NCBI GenBank assembly: GCA_041742135.1
Contig: JBGSJG010000005.1
Location: 5,878 to 69,877, forward strand
Length of the DNA stretch: 64,000 nt
Reading direction: 5' to 3'
Source of the DNA: Patescibacteria group bacterium
GTDB lineage: Bacteria > Patescibacteriota > Microgenomatia > UBA8517
Shown: positions 1 through 9,482 of the stretch, one piece after another
How the letters are laid out: every line of letters starts with the position of its first letter
Position numbering within the stretch: position 1 is the first letter of the stretch
The notes under the pieces: generated by a model
Database searches by the model: none
What the model saw: only the letters and a program-made list of their open reading frames with translations
What the model was told of the DNA's origin: nothing
Translations under genes and position numbers: made by a program

Positions 1-997
1 GAAGAGTGATGCTAAAAGTGGTGCCAATCCCAATCTTACTTTTTACCTGAATTTCTCCGTGATGTCCCTCGACAATTTCGCGTGCGATGGCAAGTCCAAG
101 GCCAAACCCTTCAGAGGTGTTTTTACTTCGAGAGGTATCGGCTCTATAGAATCTGTCAAATAGATGTGGAATATCGGCTTTGGCAATGCCTATTCCTTGG
201 TCGGCGATCTCTACAGTTACTTTGTGTCTACTCCGAGAGCTTGTAATTTTTACAACAGATTTTTCGGGACTATATTTTATTGCGTTATCCAGAAGAATGG
301 TAAAAAGTTCAGTCAATGACTGCCTGTCTCCGGAGAGCTTGATGTTGCCAGTTTTATCACTAATTTTTATATCCTTTTTTCTGGCGAGAAAAGACATCTT
401 CTTGATTGCTTCCCCCAGAGTGTCGTTAAAATCAGTTTTGGTATGCGCCACATCAAGATTCTGAGAATAACGATTAAGCTTCATTAAGTTCTCTGACAAA
501 GTCGTTAAGCTGACTACATCTTCGAGGTTACTTTTGAGTAGTTTTTTAGCTGCTGCAAGATTTAATTTTTTGTCACGAAGTGCAACTTCAAGTTCTGTCC
601 GAAGAGACGTGAGTGGAGTTTTAAGCTCGTGGCTAGCATCCGCTGTGAATCTTTTTTGCTCTTCAAGCGACGCTTCAATAGGAGAAAGCGTTTTTCCTGC
701 TAAGATCCAGGCCGCAACTCCTGAAGCCGCAATGATAATGCCATTGATTACAATAAGTCTCATAACCACATAATTTTTTGCACGGTCCAAGTCGCGATTT
801 AAAAGTTTAAGCGCAAGTCCTTTTGGGAGAAGAGTGTCGTTTTGCGTGCGAAGACGCGTTTCTGCCATGCTAAAACTCTTTTGAATTTCACCCGAGACTC
901 CTTGGTAGATAATTAAACTAAAGCTACCAGCAACAATCGCAACCAGAGCGATGTACCAAAACGTCAGTCTCAGTCTTGCACTTGTGAAGCGTGTCAT
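1..997 (-). CDS. sensor histidine kinase; N-terminus and most of the protein are in the window, the extreme C-terminal end runs off the window edge
   Basis: Reverse-strand translation begins MTRFTSARLRLTFWYIALVAIVAG (TM helix). It contains the H-box FTADASHELKTPLTSLRTELEVALRD and a HATPase G2 box GFGLGLAIAREIVEGHHGEIQVKSKIGIGTTFSITL near position 1. The start overlaps the response-regulator stop by ATGA (995-998). Confidence 0.8.
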   Translation of the reverse strand, partial: MTRFTSARLRLTFWYIALVAIVAGSFSLIIYQGVSGEIQKSFSMAETRLRTQNDTLLPKGLALKLLNRDLDRAKNYVVMRLIVINGIIIAASGVAAWILAGKTLSPIEASLEEQKRFTADASHELKTPLTSLRTELEVALRDKKLNLAAAKKLLKSNLEDVVSLTTLSENLMKLNRYSQNLDVAHTKTDFNDTLGEAIKKMSFLARKKDIKISDKTGNIKLSGDRQSLTELFTILLDNAIKYSPEKSVVKITSSRSRHKVTVEIADQGIGIAKADIPHLFDRFYRADTSRSKNTSEGFGLGLAIAREIVEGHHGEIQVKSKIGIGTTFSITL

Positions 998-1674
998 TTC
1001 TTAACTCCCATTTTATAACCGAATCCGCGGACTGTATGAATGAGTTTTGAAGATCGAGGGAAAGCGGCATCAATTTTTTTGCGAAGGTAGCCCACGTAAA
1101 CTTCAACGGTGTTGGGCAAAATGTCAGCTTCATAGTCCCAGATGTGACTGATTATCTGATCTTTGTTTAAAATTGTATTTGGGTGAAGCATTAGATACTC
1201 AAGTAGCGCAAATTCTTTTCGTGAAAGAGCTATATTTTTTCCTGCTCGCTGTACTACGTAACTGTTTGTATCGATGGTTAAGTCAGCAAGAGAAAGTTTG
1301 TGACCAATTGTATTTTTAGGTCTTCTGGTTAAAGCTTTGATGCGTGCAAGAAGTTCTGAAAAAGCGAATGGCTTAGCAAGATAATCATCAGCCCCTGAGT
1401 TAAGGCCGATAACGCGATCCTCCACTTCACCTTTTGCAGTAAGCATGAGTATGGGTGTATGAATGTTTTCTTTTCGCAGGTTTTTGCAAACGGTGACGCC
1501 ATCCAAAACGGGCAACATGAGGTCTAAAATTATTACAGAGTAATCTTCGCTTGCGGCCAAATCAAAGCCTTCTTGGCCGTCAAATGCCAAATCCACCGCG
1601 TAGTTTTCCTGGGTGAGCCCTTTTTTTAAAGCAGTCGCAATCTTATGTTCATCTTCAACAATAAGTATCCGCAT
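994..1674 (-). CDS. OmpR/PhoB-family two-component response regulator
   Basis: MRILIVEDEHKIA...DLMLPVLDG receiver domain with phospho-Asp context, plus a C-terminal winged-helix DNA-binding domain (LSRKEFALLEYLMLHPNTILNKDQI...VRGFGYKM). Confidence 0.9.
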   Translation of the reverse strand: MRILIVEDEHKIATALKKGLTQENYAVDLAFDGQEGFDLAASEDYSVIILDLMLPVLDGVTVCKNLRKENIHTPILMLTAKGEVEDRVIGLNSGADDYLAKPFAFSELLARIKALTRRPKNTIGHKLSLADLTIDTNSYVVQRAGKNIALSRKEFALLEYLMLHPNTILNKDQIISHIWDYEADILPNTVEVYVGYLRKKIDAAFPRSSKLIHTVRGFGYKMGVKK

Positions 1675-1741
1675 TTATGGCAATATTGTATCATTTGGCT
1701 GAGAATTAGCTGAGTTTGGTGTTTTCTAGTACAATACGTTT

Positions 1742-2974
1742 ATGAATCAGACAATACAAACACTTAAAGGTTTTCGCGATTTTTTGCCTTCGCAAAAAAG
1801 GCAGCGGGATTTTGTGGCAAAAAAAATCAAAGAAACATTTGAGCTTTTTGGTTTTGAGCCTTTGGAAACGCCAACTTTGGAGTATGCGGATTTATTGTTG
1901 GGAAAGTATGGGGACGAGGCCGACAAGTTGGTATATACATTTACTGATCGGGGAGAGCGAGAGGTTGGCCTCCGTTATGACCAAACGGTTCCTACGGCGC
2001 GAGTCCTGGCGCAGTATAAAAATGAACTGCCGAAATTTTTTAGACGTTACCAGATGCAAAATGTCTTTCGCGCCGACAAGCCGCAAAAGGGTCGATTCCG
2101 TGAATTTTCCCAGTGCGATATTGATATTTTTGGAACAAAAAGCGAGATTGCTGATGCTGAAATATTAGCAACTACTTATTTCACTTACAAAAACATTGGG
2201 TTTTCCAACATTAAAATTTTAATTAACAGTCGTGAAGTACTTCTGGCGACACTTTCGCCATTTGCCAGTTCAAACGTTAATGTAAATTCAATAATTCAAA
2301 CTGTAGACAAAATGGACAAACTTCCCGAAGAGAAAATTATTCAAGAGTTGGCATCAAAGGGTGTCGATAACCCGAACGGTGTTTTGGAGGCTTTAAAAAA
2401 CGCTGGACCTGATGCCAATTTGTTTGAGATAATGCGCATTGCTGAGAAGATTGGATTATCTGATTCTTTGACTTTCGACCCCTTCATTGCACGAGGCTTA
2501 GATTATTACACTGGCATGATTTTTGAAGTAAGGATTCCAGGCTATGAAGTTGGCTCTGTTGGTGGAGGCGGTAGATATGACAATTTAATTCGCGATTTGT
2601 CTGGCGTTGACATGCCAGCTGTTGGAATGGCTTTTGGTTTCGACAGAACCGTGGAAGCAGCGCAAGAGGCTGGTTTAGTAGATAAAAGTAGCAATCCTTG
2701 CAAGGTGTTAGTTACAGTCTTTTCTGAAGAACTTCTTGATAAATCAGCCGAAGTGCTGCGTCAACTGCGTGAAGCTGGAGTGTCCTCAATAATTTATCCA
2801 GAAGTAGAGAAAATTGGCAAGCAAATTGGCTACGCAGACCAAAACTCGATTCCCTATGTTGTAATTATCGGTGAAAAAGAAGCGGGGCAAGATAAAGTTA
2901 CGCTTAAGAACATGCAAACGGCAGAGGAGAAACTACTTACAACTAATGATTTTATTCAACAAGTTTCAGGTTAA
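1742..2974 (+). CDS. hisS: histidyl-tRNA synthetase
   Basis: Class II aaRS motifs: KGFRDFLP, GLRYDQTVPTARV, RFREFSQCDIDIFG, GGGGRYDNL; C-terminal anticodon-binding domain. Confidence 0.93.
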   Translation: MNQTIQTLKGFRDFLPSQKRQRDFVAKKIKETFELFGFEPLETPTLEYADLLLGKYGDEADKLVYTFTDRGEREVGLRYDQTVPTARVLAQYKNELPKFFRRYQMQNVFRADKPQKGRFREFSQCDIDIFGTKSEIADAEILATTYFTYKNIGFSNIKILINSREVLLATLSPFASSNVNVNSIIQTVDKMDKLPEEKIIQELASKGVDNPNGVLEALKNAGPDANLFEIMRIAEKIGLSDSLTFDPFIARGLDYYTGMIFEVRIPGYEVGSVGGGGRYDNLIRDLSGVDMPAVGMAFGFDRTVEAAQEAGLVDKSSNPCKVLVTVFSEELLDKSAEVLRQLREAGVSSIIYPEVEKIGKQIGYADQNSIPYVVIIGEKEAGQDKVTLKNMQTAEEKLLTTNDFIQQVSG

Positions 2975-3614
2975 TAAAGAAACAATCTTCAAACTGTTTT
3001 TTGCGCTGGGCATTATTTTGATTATTTATTTAGTTGGTAAACAGATTAGCCCAGATACGATTAAACTTTGGACTCAAAAAGCCGGAGTTTTTGGGCCAGC
3101 AGTTATATTTACCATCTCGATCTTGACTGCTGTAATTGCCCCTTTGAGTGGGACACCATTGATGCTTGTCGGCTTCACACTATACGGTCCCGAAATCGTG
3201 TTTTTATTTACCTTTTCTGGATTAATAAGTGCCGGAATCAATTTCTTCATCGCGAAGAAGTTGGGTAGGCCATACATAGAAAAGCTTGTGGGTAAGGCTA
3301 ATATTGCAAAAGTCGACGAGCTCACACAAAGCCACGGAATCACGAGCTTGGCAATTCTTAGAATATTTCTGGGTGGATTAAACGATTTTATTTCGTACGC
3401 AATGGGCTTAACTAACATGAAGTTTAAAACCTACTATGTTGTCACTGCTGTAAGTTTTATTCCGGGAACAATGTTTTGGTATTTTATAGCACTAAATTCA
3501 AGCTCAACGTTGGCATTTTTGATTTGGAGTATAATTTTTACTACCGCCTTGGGTTTTGTCTTCGCAATTTTAAGAATGGCAAGAAAGCTTGCTAAGCGAA
3601 CGCAAAGTCTGTAA
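2946..3614 (+). CDS. TVP38/TMEM64 (DedA-like, VTT domain) family membrane protein
   Basis: Multi-TM protein with a VTT-like core (FGPAVIFTISILTAVIAPLSGTPLMLVGFTLYG...FIAKKLGRPYIEKL). Start chosen at the in-frame ATG at 2946, overlapping the hisS end by 29 nt. The ORF-track start at 2871 lies inside hisS. Confidence 0.55.
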   Translation: MILFNKFQVNKETIFKLFFALGIILIIYLVGKQISPDTIKLWTQKAGVFGPAVIFTISILTAVIAPLSGTPLMLVGFTLYGPEIVFLFTFSGLISAGINFFIAKKLGRPYIEKLVGKANIAKVDELTQSHGITSLAILRIFLGGLNDFISYAMGLTNMKFKTYYVVTAVSFIPGTMFWYFIALNSSSTLAFLIWSIIFTTALGFVFAILRMARKLAKRTQSL

Positions 3615-3628
3615 AGTAGTTTTTACAT

Positions 3629-4096
3629 ATGGATCCAGCAAAACCTGAAGAAAAAATAGAAGAGGCCGAAGTTGTCGAGTCGACGGGGGAAGTGAATGAA
3701 GATGTGATGAGTCTTTTGGATATTCAAGATGCAATAAACAGCAGACTTGAACAGCTTAAAAATTTTCAAGACGACATAAAACCTCATAAAGAGATGTTGG
3801 AATCAATTTTTGAAAACGATGAAGACTATATTGATAAAAATGAAATTGCAAAAAAGGCCAGCAAAAATAAATCAGAGGCAAAGGCAAGGGTTTTAAGACA
3901 ACCGCAGGCCGCTGATTTAAATCAAAAAATTGAGGAGCTTAAAAATGAAGCGAAAGAGATTCAAGAAGGACTTTCTTATTACCTTCGCGAATATCAAAGG
4001 CTCACAGGTGCTAATGAATTTGAAAGTGCGGATGGCGAACTTCGGCAAATTGTGTTTATTGCAAAGTTAGTCCGAAAAACCAGTTTGAACGACTGA
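3629..4096 (+). CDS. hypothetical acidic coiled-coil protein
   Basis: 155-aa ORF with uniform codon usage. Highly charged (E/K-rich), no recognisable motif. Confidence 0.45.
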   Translation: MDPAKPEEKIEEAEVVESTGEVNEDVMSLLDIQDAINSRLEQLKNFQDDIKPHKEMLESIFENDEDYIDKNEIAKKASKNKSEAKARVLRQPQAADLNQKIEELKNEAKEIQEGLSYYLREYQRLTGANEFESADGELRQIVFIAKLVRKTSLND

Positions 4097-4120
4097 GGTT
4101 TTGATGTACAATAGCTTCAA

Positions 4121-5038
4121 ATGAAAGTATTTGGCCATAAGTCTCCAGACACCGATGCGGTATGTGCTTCAATTGCTTATGCATGGTACTTAACACAAAA
4201 AGGTCAGACTGCTGATGCTTTTGTTTTGGGTAAACTCAACCGTGAAACGGACTTTGTTCTTAAAACCGCAAAAGTTTCGGTGCCGAGTCTTTTAGAAGCA
4301 CTTACCGAGGAAGATGAAGTTGCTATAGTGGATACAAATAATCCAGAAGAGTTGCCGGAGGGAATTGGCAAAGCAAAAATTTTATCCATCGTTGATCACC
4401 ACAAACTTGCGGGGCTTACCACAGAGTCTCCTTTGGAGATTTACATGAAACCTGTGGGGTGCACATCGACTTTGATTTATCAGCTAATGCAAAACGACGG
4501 AATTCTTCCATCAGGTGAAATTGCAAATCTTATGGTTTCTGCAATTTTGTCAGACACATTGAAATTTACCAGTCCTACTACAACCGAGGAAGATAAAAAA
4601 GCAGCCGAAGATTTAGCTCAAATTGCACAAATAAATATTGACAAGCATGTAGAAGCCATGTTTGAGGCAAAAAGTGATTTATCTGGTATGAGTGCTCGAG
4701 ATATTTTACTTATGGATAGCAAAGTTTTTGATTTCGGAAACAAAAAGGTGAGAATTTCGAGCCTAGAAACAACCAAGCCTGAAAACGCAAAGGCGATGGT
4801 GTCTGGAATGGTGTCTGAAATGGAGAAAATCCGGGAAGAAGAAAACCTTCACAACGTATTTTTCTTTATCGTAGATATTCTGACGAGCTCTTCCGTGCTT
4901 TTGGTTTCAAACGACGAAGCCCGCGAGCTGGCCAAAAAAGCTTTCGCAAAAGATTTTGAAGGGGAATTTATGAGCCTTCCAGGTGTGGTTTCTCGCAAAA
5001 AACAAATGGCTCCTGCGCTCGAAAAAGTAGTATCCTAA
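4121..5038 (+). CDS. ppaC: manganese-dependent inorganic pyrophosphatase (family II, DHH/DHHA2)
   Basis: N-terminal GHKSPDTDAVCASIAYAW, DHH motif (IVDHHKL) and a C-terminal DHHA2 region (GNKKVRISSLET). Confidence 0.88.
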   Translation: MKVFGHKSPDTDAVCASIAYAWYLTQKGQTADAFVLGKLNRETDFVLKTAKVSVPSLLEALTEEDEVAIVDTNNPEELPEGIGKAKILSIVDHHKLAGLTTESPLEIYMKPVGCTSTLIYQLMQNDGILPSGEIANLMVSAILSDTLKFTSPTTTEEDKKAAEDLAQIAQINIDKHVEAMFEAKSDLSGMSARDILLMDSKVFDFGNKKVRISSLETTKPENAKAMVSGMVSEMEKIREEENLHNVFFFIVDILTSSSVLLVSNDEARELAKKAFAKDFEGEFMSLPGVVSRKKQMAPALEKVVS

Positions 5039-5041
5039 AGG

Positions 5042-5692
5042 GTGCTCTATCTTCTTGTTTTTTTACAACTTCTCTTGTTACGAATGTTTTCTTCGCGAGT
5101 TAACAGCAGGCTTTTCCAAAGTGTACCAATGTGGCTTTATGTTTTGTTTTTCTTTCCCGGAACCCTGATTCATGAACTATCTCACTATTTTGCTGCGAAA
5201 TTATTATTCGTTCCTGTTGGGAATTTCTCACTGTTTCCAACGCGGGGAGAGCGCGAAGTGATCTTGGGTAGTGTGGCAATTGCTAGAGTGGATACACTTC
5301 GCAGAACTCTAGTTGGAGTTGCCCCAATGTTTTTTGGTGTAGTTCTAATTTTAGCTGGCACATATTTAACTATTTCATACCGCCTATACAGTGATTGGCG
5401 CGTCGCGGCAATGCTTGGGTATTTCCTTTTTGTGATTTCAAACAGCATGTTTTCAAGCCGCCAAGATTTGAAAGGCAGCTGGCGGCTGTTTGTTTTCATT
5501 GTACTAATCGGCACATTTTTGTATTTAGCAGGGGTGAAGATAAAAATTAACATCCCGGAATATGATTTTTTGAGGACTTTGGCGGTGTATCTTCTAATCC
5601 CCATTGTATTGAATGGCTTATTGTTGCTATTGTTAGATAGAAGGTATGGAGGTGATGTAAATGGCAAAGAAAAAAGTTCAAAAGAAAACTAG
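5042..5692 (+). CDS. integral membrane protein with an intramembrane HExxH motif (putative zinc metalloprotease, site-2-protease-like)
   Basis: GTLIHELSHYFAAKLL sits inside a predicted TM helix; 5-6 TM helices; LDRRYGG near the C-terminus. GTG start at 5042; alternative ATG starts at 5084 and 5129. Confidence 0.45.
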   Translation: MLYLLVFLQLLLLRMFSSRVNSRLFQSVPMWLYVLFFFPGTLIHELSHYFAAKLLFVPVGNFSLFPTRGEREVILGSVAIARVDTLRRTLVGVAPMFFGVVLILAGTYLTISYRLYSDWRVAAMLGYFLFVISNSMFSSRQDLKGSWRLFVFIVLIGTFLYLAGVKIKINIPEYDFLRTLAVYLLIPIVLNGLLLLLLDRRYGGDVNGKEKSSKEN

Positions 5693-5858
5693 TCATTGGA
5701 ATCGCGAGATGGACGCAACAACAGAAAGCGTTGCGATTGGATCCGCTTTTTCAGTGTTGTTTTTACTTCTTCTAAAAAGTTTGGTTCTTGCGGTGCCTTT
5801 AGGTTTAGCGCTTGCGCTTGCCCATCACTATGGCAGGAATCATGCGAAAAAGAAGTAA
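5661..5858 (+). CDS. small membrane protein (65 aa), hypothetical
   Basis: Strong SD (GGAGGTGA) 5 nt upstream of the ATG. One hydrophobic helix flanked by Lys-rich ends. Confidence 0.3.
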   Translation: MAKKKVQKKTSHWNREMDATTESVAIGSAFSVLFLLLLKSLVLAVPLGLALALAHHYGRNHAKKK

Positions 5859-5892
5859 TTGAAATTAATGATAGTATGTTATACTTGATTTC

Positions 5893-6591
5893 ATGGCAGC
5901 CAGAGCCAAAAAGGCAACTACTAAAAGAGTAACTAAGAGAAGAGTTGTAAAGCCTGACGCAACTTTAGAAGTTGAGGAAAAACCTAAGAAGGTTTTTGTT
6001 AGGCGGACTTTCACAACTGGTCAAAAAGCAATTTTTTTGGTATTTGTTATGGCTCTGGTTTTTGTCCTTTATAGCGTTAAAGATTTCTTCATAGCTGCAA
6101 CAGTTAATGGATACCCTCTGTCCAGATTCGCAATTGTTAGCGAACTGGAAAAACAAGGCGGCCAGCAAGTCTTGGACAACTTGGTTAACGAAATGCTTAT
6201 TGTGCAGGAAGCGCGAAAGGCAAACGTTAATGTTAGTGATACTGATGTGAATGCCAAAGTAGAAGAAGTTCGTGCGCAAGTCGAAGGCCAAGGGCAAAAC
6301 TTGGATGAACTATTAAGTGCCCGAGCCATGAGTATGGATGATCTTAAAAAACAGCTCACGACGCAAATTTATATAGAGCAACTTTTGTCCGATAAAATTG
6401 CGACAACCGACGAGGAAATAACTGCTTTTCTAGAAACGAACAAGGACTATTTACCAGAAGGTTTAAGCGAAGATGAATATAAGAATTTGGCTCGCGAAGA
6501 GCTTAAACAACAAAAGTTATCAACCGAATTTGCAACTTGGATTGAAGGAGTTAAAGCTTCAGCAAATATTAATTACTTCGTAGAATATTAA
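5893..6591 (+). CDS. SurA N-terminal-domain (PpiD/PrsA-like) membrane-anchored chaperone-like protein
   Basis: Basic N-terminus, one TM helix, then the SurA_N-like segment ATVNGYPLSRFAIVSELEKQGGQQVLDNLVNEMLIVQEARK. No PPIase domain. Confidence 0.55.
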   Translation: MAARAKKATTKRVTKRRVVKPDATLEVEEKPKKVFVRRTFTTGQKAIFLVFVMALVFVLYSVKDFFIAATVNGYPLSRFAIVSELEKQGGQQVLDNLVNEMLIVQEARKANVNVSDTDVNAKVEEVRAQVEGQGQNLDELLSARAMSMDDLKKQLTTQIYIEQLLSDKIATTDEEITAFLETNKDYLPEGLSEDEYKNLAREELKQQKLSTEFATWIEGVKASANINYFVEY

Positions 6592-7785
6592 TTATTTTCG
6601 AACAAAAAGTATTGCGTTTGGAATATTTCTTCCAGGTCCCACCTTGTAGCCTCCGCTCCAAAGCGCTGTTGATCCTCCACTGTCTAGATTAAGTGCATTC
6701 TCCATTCCCATTGCGCGAAGAACTATTGCGGCTTCTGCCACTGTCGCATTGTGCACTACGCCAATATATGCTGTGCCGCCCTTGTTGGCCACAAAACTTC
6801 TTCCAGATTTACTACCCTTTTTAGGGTCCCCGTCCCCGCCGAAGGTGATGTTCCCTCCTTGGATCAATAAGGGTTGGTTAGCAATCATGCCGTCAATATT
6901 TGTATCTCGGCCAACTGAAGAAGATTGGCCCACAAAGTTCATCGAACCTGAGTGGAAAACAACGACGGGAACAACACTGTAGACATTGTTGTCAGAATTA
7001 AAATAGACTTTGTCTTTATTCATAAGTAGTGTGTCAAAGCTGTTGGTTTTACCAGCACACGAAGGATACTCGGCTGGGCAAAAGTAAGAGCCGTTAATTC
7101 CGGCATATGCACCTGATCTGGAAACATATTCAGACAAAGACAATACAGGACAGTCGTTTGTGCAGGTGCCAGTAGATGCCGTGTCTACTATGACTTTTGT
7201 GCTTGCCATGTCTCCTGCAACGAGACTTACTTGATACTGTCCTATATCGGTATTTACAGCCTGGCGTGAGTAACCCGATCCTGGAGGGGCGTTGTTTACG
7301 GGGACTGAAGCGGCGATTGCAAAGCTCGCTACAATTTTCGCCTGCTCGGCAGCAATTTTGGCTTCCAGAGAATCTAATCCCTTTATTGCCTCTTCATAGT
7401 TTTGATTGGCCATAAGCACTAAAAGACTGGTGAACTCTTTGTCCAAAGTACTTGTGTCCTTTGCTGACTCGCGCAAAACAACCAGATCTTCGTATGTCGC
7501 GACTGCACTTTTATACGCTTCTTCGATGCTGGCAATTTTGTCTTTAAGCTCCAAATTAATTTTGAGTTGGTCTTGACCTTTAAGTTCGTTAAGCTGCATC
7601 AAATTCTCAGCAAGCTGGGTTTTAAGGCTATCGTTTTCGGATGTTAAATCCATCGTCAGTACTTGAAGCATTGATATTTCAGAGTCTTTGCTCCTAAGAC
7701 CCAAAAGAGTTACTAGAACTATGGCGACAACTGTCGTAGCGATTCCTATAATAATTAGCTTTTTGCGCTTTTTAACAATCTTCAC
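6592..7785 (-). CDS. phosphodiester glycosidase family protein (NAGPA-like, DUF2233) with an N-terminal TM helix and coiled coil
   Basis: C-terminal MGMENALNLDSGGSTALW is characteristic of phosphodiester glycosidase domains. Signal anchor IIIGIATTVVAIVLVTLLGL. Confidence 0.65.
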   Translation of the reverse strand: MKIVKKRKKLIIIGIATTVVAIVLVTLLGLRSKDSEISMLQVLTMDLTSENDSLKTQLAENLMQLNELKGQDQLKINLELKDKIASIEEAYKSAVATYEDLVVLRESAKDTSTLDKEFTSLLVLMANQNYEEAIKGLDSLEAKIAAEQAKIVASFAIAASVPVNNAPPGSGYSRQAVNTDIGQYQVSLVAGDMASTKVIVDTASTGTCTNDCPVLSLSEYVSRSGAYAGINGSYFCPAEYPSCAGKTNSFDTLLMNKDKVYFNSDNNVYSVVPVVVFHSGSMNFVGQSSSVGRDTNIDGMIANQPLLIQGGNITFGGDGDPKKGSKSGRSFVANKGGTAYIGVVHNATVAEAAIVLRAMGMENALNLDSGGSTALWSGGYKVGPGRNIPNAILFVRK

Positions 7786-7793
7786 ACTTAATA

Positions 7794-9476
7794 TTACAGG
7801 TTATAAAGGCGGATTAACAAGAATGTGGGATTGGCTATGTAGCTTATTAAATCGTGAACTGATAAAGCGCCGTCGCCGTTTAAATCTAGGGGCAGGAGAT
7901 GCCCGAAATTGATGTCTACGTTTCCCACATAAACAGTTTTAAGCCTCACCACTGAAACAAAGAATGGCTTCGAAAGGATAAATTTATATGTACGATTTGG
8001 AATTATGTTGGTTAAGGCAGGGATCGTAGCGTAGCCGTCTCTGAATGACAAGTTTTCATAGCTTGTAATAAACTCTTGGTCTTCATACAGGGAAAGGGTA
8101 GCTCTGTTGTCTGTTTGGCTTGGCCAAAATCGTGCAAATATATCAAGAGAAGGTGGAGAGGTAAGCGTGAATTTGGTCGACATCACATCGCCGATCTTGT
8201 TCTCTCCTTTTAGTAATGAGAATTTTAAAGTGTGTATTCCACGCGGCTCGTTTGTCACAAGCCTGATCCCGACTTGAGTTGTTTGCCCAGGTTCTGTCTG
8301 CTTAATATCGGCGATTTTTATATTTGACGTGTTCATCGTCGACTCGGCAGAAAGGCTAAAACCATCTCCGGCGCTCCATATAGACTGACCAGTATTTTTG
8401 ATCTCGACATAAAATGAATACTCCGAATCACTCACAAGATAATCTGCAATAGTATGGGATTTAAACTCGAAAGAGTGAAGTTGCTCGGGCGTGCCTTTAA
8501 TTTTAGTTAAAGCTGCAACTTTACTGAATTGAGGTCTGGGTGCTCCTGAAATGGGGTCTTTCCAAGAAAACTGATCGAAAGGCTCGCCTTTATAATTTAA
8601 GACAAAAGGGGTAATGGCGACGATATTTGGGTCAGTCCAAACGTGCTCGAAGGCATATTTGTAATTTTCCGCCGCTTCTTCGTTACTTTTTGCCCAGCCC
8701 GTCTCAGTTATGAAAATCGCAGTATCACGCGAAAGCCCGTAGTTATATAAATGTTCCAACTCCCATCGATATCCTGCGATACTTCTTTTCCCGGTATCTT
8801 GCGGGCTACCAACAAATCCCGGATTAGGATAAGAATGCGAATTGTGGCCGTCAAAAATTGTGAAGATATAATTATCCTCTTTGTGCATGCCACTAAAGAA
8901 CGCACTTGCATCCATTGTGCCCGCGGTGTTACTTGCAGCTAGGTCAAGGGCTCCCGGAAGAACGAAAAATTCAGAGGAAAATTTTTTAAGAGTTTCAAGG
9001 TAGCCTCTGGCGATTTTGGCATATCCTGCAGGGTCGATAGTGCCACCCCATTCTTTTGCATGATTTGGCTCGTTAAAAAGCACTACATATCGGTTTTTGA
9101 CAGGCCAATTAAGTGAGTTTAAAAACCCGGCCCAATTTACGGCTTCTTCTTGGCTGGGTGCTTCCCAATAGTTTTGGCTCATTTTTGTAGCCAAGCGCAC
9201 AATTGGGATAAGCTTGAGTCTTCGCACTTGGTCCATCACGTTTTGCCACCTTGCCACGTCGCGTTCGTCTTCGCGAATCACGATAGTCACGTAGCCCCAC
9301 TCACCACCCTCTGAATTAACAAGCCCTGCAGCTTCTGACAGATCACTCTCATCGATTATGTGAATGCCAAATTTATTGTTCGGGGCTTGCGCATTTACGG
9401 CGGATGCACCAAAGCACAAAAGGCACGTGACCAAAATCACAAACCCGTAGACATATTTTTTCATTTCGTATAACAT
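7794..9476 (-). CDS. secreted clan GH-A (TIM-barrel) glycoside hydrolase with an NBR1-like Ig domain and a C-terminal dockerin-like Ca-binding segment
   Basis: Signal peptide (VILVTCLLCFGASAVNAQA). Catalytic acid/base LFNEPN and nucleophile ITETGW. The NTGQSIW segment is an NBR1-like Ig fold. C-terminal LDLNGDGALSVHDLISYI is EF-hand/dockerin-like. Confidence 0.65.
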   Translation of the reverse strand: MLYEMKKYVYGFVILVTCLLCFGASAVNAQAPNNKFGIHIIDESDLSEAAGLVNSEGGEWGYVTIVIREDERDVARWQNVMDQVRRLKLIPIVRLATKMSQNYWEAPSQEEAVNWAGFLNSLNWPVKNRYVVLFNEPNHAKEWGGTIDPAGYAKIARGYLETLKKFSSEFFVLPGALDLAASNTAGTMDASAFFSGMHKEDNYIFTIFDGHNSHSYPNPGFVGSPQDTGKRSIAGYRWELEHLYNYGLSRDTAIFITETGWAKSNEEAAENYKYAFEHVWTDPNIVAITPFVLNYKGEPFDQFSWKDPISGAPRPQFSKVAALTKIKGTPEQLHSFEFKSHTIADYLVSDSEYSFYVEIKNTGQSIWSAGDGFSLSAESTMNTSNIKIADIKQTEPGQTTQVGIRLVTNEPRGIHTLKFSLLKGENKIGDVMSTKFTLTSPPSLDIFARFWPSQTDNRATLSLYEDQEFITSYENLSFRDGYATIPALTNIIPNRTYKFILSKPFFVSVVRLKTVYVGNVDINFGHLLPLDLNGDGALSVHDLISYIANPTFLLIRLYNL

Positions 9477-9482
9477 TATACT

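Noticed and set aside
180-773. Two plus-strand ORFs (94 and 79 aa) at the window start
   Set aside because: They are antisense to the histidine kinase, whose reverse-strand translation shows H-box and HATPase motifs. They are hydrophobic, low-complexity antisense artefacts.
1812-2168. 118-aa plus-strand ORF and 64-aa minus-strand ORF inside hisS
   Set aside because: Alternative frames of a strongly supported hisS.
5696-5932. 78-aa plus-strand ORF overlapping the 65-aa small membrane ORF and the SurA-like gene start
   Set aside because: No RBS, Arg/Cys-rich composition atypical for this genome, overlaps better-supported frames.
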